52,786 nucleotides of DNA from positions 1 to 52,786 of the IMG/VR virus record IMGVR_UViG_3300033148_006306. The stretch is one strand, 5' to 3'. Shown in pieces: positions 47,507-52,786 of the stretch. The position numbers and the translations under genes were made by a program. Numbering within the stretch: position 1 is the first letter of the stretch; every line of letters begins with the position of its first letter. This stretch comes from a virus (taxonomy: Duplodnaviria; Caudoviricetes). The notes beneath the pieces are model-generated. The model made no database searches and was not told where the DNA came from. It saw nothing but the letters and a program-made list of their open reading frames with translations.

Positions 47507-47939
47507 CACTATCTCCTTCCAAAAGTAAGTGGTTACTCCACGCAATCTCTCTACACTCTTCTCTACTCTTTTTAACAGCACTATACCCTACTACATGTAT
47601 AAGACCATGACAATCTACACAAATGTTAATAAGATACCTATCATCTTTAACACCTAAACCCTGTACTACATGATGTGGAGCATCTAACTCATAACTAATA
47701 TCACATACTTGACAAGCACCAAGACCACGAACAGCCTCTTGTCTCTCACGATATTTAGCTTCCGGAAACCGAACAGCCTTGTCAGGATTCAGCCCAACTT
47801 TTTTAACCCCAGAATCCAAAAAACTATTTTTTGTCTTTCCTTTTCGATTACGACCTTTAGCTTTAAATGGTTTTTTAACACAAAATGTACTTTTAGGCTT
47901 GTCGCCTTTTATTCTACCGGTTTTGATTTTGTAGGGCAC
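47496..47939 (-). CDS. HNH endonuclease-like protein
   Basis: CQVC...PHHV...ICVDCHGLIH. Confidence 0.75.
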   Translation of the reverse strand: MPYKIKTGRIKGDKPKSTFCVKKPFKAKGRNRKGKTKNSFLDSGVKKVGLNPDKAVRFPEAKYRERQEAVRGLGACQVCDISYELDAPHHVVQGLGVKDDRYLINICVDCHGLIHVVGYSAVKKSREECREIAWSNHLLLEGDSDEI

Positions 47940-48222
47940 GTTTTTCCACCTCTCTAAGTTTTTTAGAAATAATCATAAGGTTACTTCTAATTTTCATAGC
48001 ATTTTCTCTACCAACCCACTCTCTGCCACACTCTGCAATAGCACTCTCAATATAACGAATAGACAAAGCACAGTTAATCTTCATACCAATAAAATCTGCT
48101 CTCTCGTTACTAAACTCAAGCAGTTCATGATACTTCTGAAAGTTTCTAAAATTATCCTTACAAAAAGCACCCTCACCACCATACAAACTCAATGCTAATA
48201 GCATCACTAATAAAATCTTCAT
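47914..48222 (-). CDS. Putative exported protein
   Basis: Signal-peptide-like MKILLVMLLALSLYG. Confidence 0.65.
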   Translation of the reverse strand: MKILLVMLLALSLYGGEGAFCKDNFRNFQKYHELLEFSNERADFIGMKINCALSIRYIESAIAECGREWVGRENAMKIRSNLMIISKKLREVEKRALQNQNR

Positions 48223-48366
48223 GACTTACTCCTTTCAAAAGTAAAAATAGTATAAATAAGCTTCGCCATACAACCTAAAAATATCGCACAAGCAACACCA
48301 ACACAAATAATCCAACCGATACTCATAAAAACTCCTAAAATTTTCGTGCTACTATCTACTACCAAA

Positions 48367-48408
48367 ATTATAACCTAAACCACAACCCTTTCCCTTGACT
48401 TATATCAA
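48367..48408 (-). promoter_or_regulatory. Promoter with FNR-type box at -41.5
   Basis: Box 48395-48408, 22 bp spacer, TATAAT 48367-48372. Confidence 0.7.
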
Positions 48409-48428
48409 GTTCAGAAAAATTGGTGGCA

Positions 48429-48707
48429 CTAACTACTACTCTCAATCTCTTCAGCAAGTAGAGCAACAGCCTCTTCTTTTAAACTAGCATACATCAATGC
48501 AGCACTATCTCTTTTTTTATAACCTCTAATAGTGTTAATACTAACACCTCTTAACCTCGCAATATCAAGATCACTAATAACAACACTACAATAGTTAAGA
48601 AGAGCAAGTCTACCACCCTTCTCAAGTGCAACAATAGTTTTCCAACTCTTCGTATGATAAGCAATAGCAACACCAGAATATAGCTCTGTAAATTCTTTTC
48701 TAGTCAT
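48429..48707 (-). CDS. Putative HTH DNA-binding protein
   Basis: DLDIARLRGVSINTIRGYKK. Confidence 0.6.
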   Translation of the reverse strand: MTRKEFTELYSGVAIAYHTKSWKTIVALEKGGRLALLNYCSVVISDLDIARLRGVSINTIRGYKKRDSAALMYASLKEEAVALLAEEIESSS

Positions 48708-49209
48708 TTTTAAGCTCCTCAGTGTTTTTTAAATTTATACGCCCAAAATAAGCCTCATACTCTTTACTCTCTTTTATCTCAGATATATACTCATCAATAG
48801 GCTTTAAAGTATCCCTGACATCATAAATGTATTGACCTAAAATATATTCTTTTTCCCCTTCTTTTTCACAAGCTGAAAACCAAGTCACAAGAAAATCATA
48901 TATATCATCTTCCTCTTTTATCTTTAAACCATCTCTAACCTGCTGAAATCTAGTCTTAAAATCCTCATCAATTAAAAAACCATAAGGTTGTAGTTCATCT
49001 TCGCTCATAAACTCATAATACTCAGCTATATTATCTTTAGTGATAGCTGAATTCTCAAATGTATCTATCGCATAAGTAACACGATTACAAACGCTAACTT
49101 CTCCAATATGAGTTTCTAACCATTTAAGAGCAATTTTTTTCCCATCAATAAAACTGCCAACTTCTCCTAAATCTTCTTTTTTATCTGTAATAATTCCGTA
49201 TGTTTTCAT
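48700..49209 (-). CDS. Hypothetical acidic protein
   Basis: ATG 49209 with AGAAGGA SD. Confidence 0.7.
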   Translation of the reverse strand: MKTYGIITDKKEDLGEVGSFIDGKKIALKWLETHIGEVSVCNRVTYAIDTFENSAITKDNIAEYYEFMSEDELQPYGFLIDEDFKTRFQQVRDGLKIKEEDDIYDFLVTWFSACEKEGEKEYILGQYIYDVRDTLKPIDEYISEIKESKEYEAYFGRINLKNTEELKND

Positions 49210-49317
49210 AACAAATCCTTCTCTAAAGTGCATAATTTTAACTCTCTCAAGCTTAACACTTACAAGAGCCTACAAAGTAAGCTCAAATAAATCTTAAAAA
49301 ATTGGTGGCACTATCTA

Positions 49318-49530
49318 CTAATCATATTCCCATAAAGTAACTAAGTTCGCTTGAATAGCATAAGAGCATCCAACAACCCATAACAACATACCATCTTCAT
49401 CAATAGCCTCTACTTCATGCACCCATCCATTTTCTTCCATATCCTCGTATAAATCGGCATCATCTCTTTCATCACCTACATACTCAATTTTATCGCCAAT
49501 AACTATTTTTTTCCCATTTCCATCTAACAT
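49318..49530 (-). CDS. Hypothetical protein (YopX-C-like LDGNGKKIVIGD)
   Basis: AGAAGGA SD. Confidence 0.65.
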   Translation of the reverse strand: MLDGNGKKIVIGDKIEYVGDERDDADLYEDMEENGWVHEVEAIDEDGMLLWVVGCSYAIQANLVTLWEYD

Positions 49531-49716
49531 AACAAATCCTTCTTAAAAAATTGGTGGAGTACCTTACTACACCCTTTTAGCTAACCTAATAGCCTCTACT
49601 ATACTAAACGTAACCTTACCAGTATCAGCAAACAACCGCAACTTAAGAAAGTTATACTCTTTAAGCTGCTTTTTGTTTAGCTTACTTTTCTCTTTGATCC
49701 ATCCCATGAGAATTCC

Positions 49717-49902
49717 TTAATTTTGAAGATAAAAATCTTTTGCTTCATCGTTATAAAAAGTTATATAGTTTTTCGCTTTTTTACCAGCAGCAGAATCCCC
49801 TAAAGTGCCACTATAAGAAAAGTCTTTATTAAAAACAAATCCAGCTTTTTTAAGTTTATCACTAACCTCTTTGTGATTACCTCTAAAATTCATAACTTCC
49901 AT
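49717..49902 (-). CDS. Hypothetical protein
   Basis: GAGGTG SD before ATG 49902. Confidence 0.55.
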   Translation of the reverse strand: MEVMNFRGNHKEVSDKLKKAGFVFNKDFSYSGTLGDSAAGKKAKNYITFYNDEAKDFYLQN

Positions 49903-50096
49903 CTCACACCTCTTTAACACAAAATTTAGCTCAAATAATAAGCTATACAGTACAGCCCAATAGCTGCATTAATAACCTAAAAACAATTTAACTCAAAAAG
50001 TCAAAAAATAACTTTTTGGTAAAAAACTCAAAAAACAACTTTTTAAGAAAAAATTGGTGGATAGCCCTACTCTCTAAAAAGAGGTGGCTACTACTA

Positions 50097-50318
50097 CTAT
50101 GCTACATTCCATCCTATACCATAAGATACAAACTTCTTATTAGTAAGAACTAAACCAAGATCACAAACAATCTCTTTGGCTTTTTTAATAGTTTTTACTG
50201 AATAATAATTATCTTTTTTACCACCTAAAATTTGAGTAAATAAAGCTTTATTCCTATATAAAACTCTCACAAATTCGCCTAAACTGTTTTTATATACTTG
50301 ATTTACATTTTTTTTCAT
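50097..50318 (-). CDS. Hypothetical early protein
   Basis: ATGA overlap, AAGGA SD. Confidence 0.6.
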   Translation of the reverse strand: MKKNVNQVYKNSLGEFVRVLYRNKALFTQILGGKKDNYYSVKTIKKAKEIVCDLGLVLTNKKFVSYGIGWNVA

Positions 50319-50509
50319 TTTGATCCATCCTTAACACTCTGATACTCTTTTTTTAAAGATAAAATAAAATCATCTAATAAAACCATATTATTATTAATAT
50401 CACTCTTTAAAGCAACTTTACACATAAATTCTAAAGCTGTATAATAAGAAATAACACCATGTTTATAATTTCCTAAAATAACTCTTAATCTTTTTTCAAG
50501 TTTTAACAT
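50315..50509 (-). CDS. Hypothetical early protein
   Basis: AGGAG SD. Confidence 0.6.
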   Translation of the reverse strand: MLKLEKRLRVILGNYKHGVISYYTALEFMCKVALKSDINNNMVLLDDFILSLKKEYQSVKDGSK

Positions 50510-51093
50510 TTTACACTCCTAAAAAATTGGTGGCACTATCTACTATCAAAAAAATGGTGGGACACTCTACTCTCTAAAATTTCTTTTTTTAACAACAGCA
50601 TTGTACCCACTACTTTTAGCAAATCTTCGTCTTTCTATTGCTTCCTCTTTTGTATTAAAAAACTCATTTTCTTTTAATCCATCCCAATATATAAACCTTA
50701 CTAAATACTTCTTTAACATGATAATTCCTAAAATATAGTTTCATCCAATTTAATTGTAAATGCAATATCAAAAAACAGATACAAAAAAACACCACTTAAC
50801 AAACCAGTAACACACTTTAATATAATAATCTCCATTATAAAGTCTTGTTTATATCTCTAGTTATTAAGTTTTTAGCACTTCTTATGCTTTTACACTCTCT
50901 AATGTTATAATTAGCAAATTGCACTTCTATAACTTCTTTACCAGTTACATTTTTAATATGAATAAAACCGTTTTTATATCCTATTGTTTCAAACATGATA
51001 CACTCCATAAAATAAAATCTATATACACTCTAAACAAGTGCATAACAAATCTTACATAATAGAATAGTAATAATTTACTACTCTATAAATAGA

Positions 51094-51417
51094 TTATATC
51101 TCTATAAATCTAGGATTATATCTATCTATCATAATAGATATTGACTTTTTATATTCACAGTTAGTATCTTCTTTACACCATAAAAACAATTCTTTAATGT
51201 CACTATTCCCACCTATTTGTGAGGTATAACACTCTTTAAAATACTTCTTAATAGTGCTTTTTTTCAGCATCTCAGAACTTGAAATAAGAGAGTATTTGTT
51301 TAATGCTACATTTTGCCACTTGTTAACAATATCACCCCTAAAAATCAGATATATATAATCAGCATCTTCTTTAAGTTGTAATCCCTTAACAATATTAACA
51401 ACAGTTTCTTTTTTCAT
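51094..51417 (-). CDS. Hypothetical early protein
   Basis: AAGGG SD. Confidence 0.65.
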   Translation of the reverse strand: MKKETVVNIVKGLQLKEDADYIYLIFRGDIVNKWQNVALNKYSLISSSEMLKKSTIKKYFKECYTSQIGGNSDIKELFLWCKEDTNCEYKKSISIMIDRYNPRFIEI

Positions 51418-51504
51418 AATACACCCTTTTAATATAATCTAATAACTAATATATAGCTATACAGTACCAACTATAAAAAGTTAGTACAATATAGATATAA
51501 AACA

Positions 51505-51963
51505 CTATTCAATGTCATTATTGCTTAGTTCTTCTATGATACTGTATAATTCATCATCTGCAAACTTTAATCTATTATAAGTGTCTTTACATCCCTTATA
51601 CGCATTAAGACCATTTTTAAAGTTTTTAAGTTCTTTATCGGTTAGATATTCTTCAGCATATGAACTGTTTTTAAGTAAAAAATTATAATCACTTTTTAAA
51701 TAACCAAATTCAGAAAAAAAACTAGCTTTGTCATCTTTATAATCTAAATAAGATAAAGCATCTGAAATAACACATCTAAAAGCTAAAAGTAAATCTAAAT
51801 CACTCAAATCATATTTTTTAGCTTCAAAGTCAGCAATAGAGCCATAATATTTAAAAGTAGTGTGATTTACTCTTATATGATAGTGATATCTCTTTGCACC
51901 CCAATGAGTAACACCACCCAATTTAGAGTAACTTAATTTATATTTTAAAATTAATTCTTGCAT
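51505..51963 (-). CDS. Hypothetical early protein
   Basis: 152 aa, TAATG coupling. Confidence 0.7.
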   Translation of the reverse strand: MQELILKYKLSYSKLGGVTHWGAKRYHYHIRVNHTTFKYYGSIADFEAKKYDLSDLDLLLAFRCVISDALSYLDYKDDKASFFSEFGYLKSDYNFLLKNSSYAEEYLTDKELKNFKNGLNAYKGCKDTYNRLKFADDELYSIIEELSNNDIE

Positions 51964-52277
51964 TATAAATCCTTTTTTCTGTTTACATCATATACAATAG
52001 AATCAAATTTACACTTGATAATATCTTCACATACTGTATATAAACAAGCATATTTATTACTTTTAATTTTAGTGTTTAGTTGTTTGCTAAATACTTCTTT
52101 AATTAAATAGTTTAAAGCCGTGCTTTGAAATTGTGAATCATAACCATAGTTAAACGGTACTTTATAAACAAAATTACCATTAATATATATCTCTACACTA
52201 TGATAAGTATTTCCATATGTACTTTGAAACCATCTACGACCAATAACTTTAATTTCTTTTATATCTCTAGTAACCAT
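51963..52277 (-). CDS. Hypothetical early protein (GRRWFQSTYGNTYHS)
   Basis: GAGGT SD. Confidence 0.7.
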   Translation of the reverse strand: MVTRDIKEIKVIGRRWFQSTYGNTYHSVEIYINGNFVYKVPFNYGYDSQFQSTALNYLIKEVFSKQLNTKIKSNKYACLYTVCEDIIKCKFDSIVYDVNRKKDL

Positions 52278-52337
52278 AATAACACCTCTTAAAATCTAAA
52301 ATATAAGTGAATAAACACTTAATAAAACCATATATAA

Positions 52338-52379
52338 ATAATAGCTTTATTAAATGTATATAGCCTTGATATAAATCAA
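52338..52379 (-). promoter_or_regulatory. Promoter with perfect FNR consensus box at -41.5
   Basis: TTGAT-ATAA-ATCAA (52366-52379), 22 bp spacer, TATTAT (52338-52343). Confidence 0.55.
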
Positions 52380-52381
52380 GA

Positions 52382-52555
52382 CTAATGATTAACTTCTCTA
52401 AATGCTTCCATCATTAGAGAGCTGCTACTGTTAAAAGTAACAATATTGTTTTTAACTGCTTCGCCTGGTATGTCGTTAACTGGATCAGCATTTATAAAGT
52501 AAACATTATGTTTACACTCTGAATCTTTAATTGCCTGAATAATAATCTCTAACAT
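52382..52555 (-). CDS. First early ORF (57 aa, not in ORF track)
   Basis: MLEIIIQAIKDSECK...; AAGGA SD. Confidence 0.6.
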   Translation of the reverse strand: MLEIIIQAIKDSECKHNVYFINADPVNDIPGEAVKNNIVTFNSSSSLMMEAFREVNH

Positions 52556-52588
52556 CTTGAATCCTTTTAACTCTCTTTATATACCACT

Positions 52589-52617
52589 ATTATATAGTAT
52601 AAGAGATACAAAGTCAA
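52589..52617 (-). promoter_or_regulatory. Near-consensus sigma70 early promoter
   Basis: TTGACT (52612-52617), 17 bp spacer, TATAAT (52589-52594). Confidence 0.75.
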
Positions 52618-52774
52618 GCAAAAACGGTATATAATGCAGTAAATTGCTAAACTAAGGCAGTGTGTCAGATAATAGAATATGTATGACAAAATGCAATATA
52701 TCAAGCATAAAGCACTAAAACGAACTAGATTATAATAATCATAAGGTACTGTAATAGAAGCTTCAAAACGCTAA

Positions 52775-52786
52775 GGTCACCAACAC
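52775..52786. repeat. 12-bp terminal direct repeat, right copy
   Basis: Identical to 1-12. Confidence 0.8.

Larger units (their letters stand above)
47334..50572 (+). repeat. Nine dispersed co-oriented imperfect palindromes TGGTGG-N6-CTACTA, each with an upstream A-tract
   Basis: Copies start at 47334, 48344, 48421, 49303, 49552, 50055, 50082, 50528, 50555. Confidence 0.8.

Noticed and set aside
42312-49543. Identical AGAAGGATTTGTTATG at three gene starts (42314, 49209, 49530)
   Set aside because: Explained as a reused strong ribosome-binding region; no further evidence of a separate function
47334-50572. CRISPR array or intrinsic terminators
   Set aside because: Spacing is irregular and separated by whole genes, no cas genes are present, and stems are mismatched on the transcribed strand
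52604-52617. Another FNR-type box
   Set aside because: Only one half-site; better explained as a TTGACT -35 with 17-bp spacing
1-52786. Stop-codon reassignment
   Set aside because: Core genes are full length in the standard code, and TAA, TAG and TGA are all used as stops

Overview
This window looks like a complete ~52.8 kb genome of a lambda-like long-tailed phage (siphovirus). It is AT-rich, and the SSB sequence and TGnTATAAT promoters suggest a Campylobacterota host. An identical 12-mer at both ends, just upstream of Nu1/gpA-type terminase genes, suggests cos ends. The plus arm (1-36.5 kb) carries terminase, about 25 small accessory genes, a structured non-coding region, lambda-type head and tail genes, and lysis genes. 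The minus arm (36.5-52.6 kb) carries SSB, an HUH rolling-circle Rep, Dam, DUF5131, an antirepressor, HNH nucleases and small early genes. I could not recognise an integrase, CI repressor, helicase or polymerase. The most unusual signals are: (1) a genome-wide set of FNR-type boxes (TTGAY-N4-RTCAA), at about -41.5 in ten promoters and over the -35 in the structural-gene promoters; (2) a ~500-nt structured RNA region ending in a tRNA scaffold whose anticodon arm is replaced by a branched two-hairpin insert; (3) an acyl-carrier-protein-like protein with Ala in place of the phosphopantetheine Ser; (4) an HUH Rep with no good start codon, reachable by a -1 frameshift, with a leader hairpin and an antisense promoter; (5) nine co-oriented 18-bp imperfect palindromes in the early region; and (6) a C4-like RNA switch in front of the antirepressor. 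All calls were made by eye; no database search or folding program was run.
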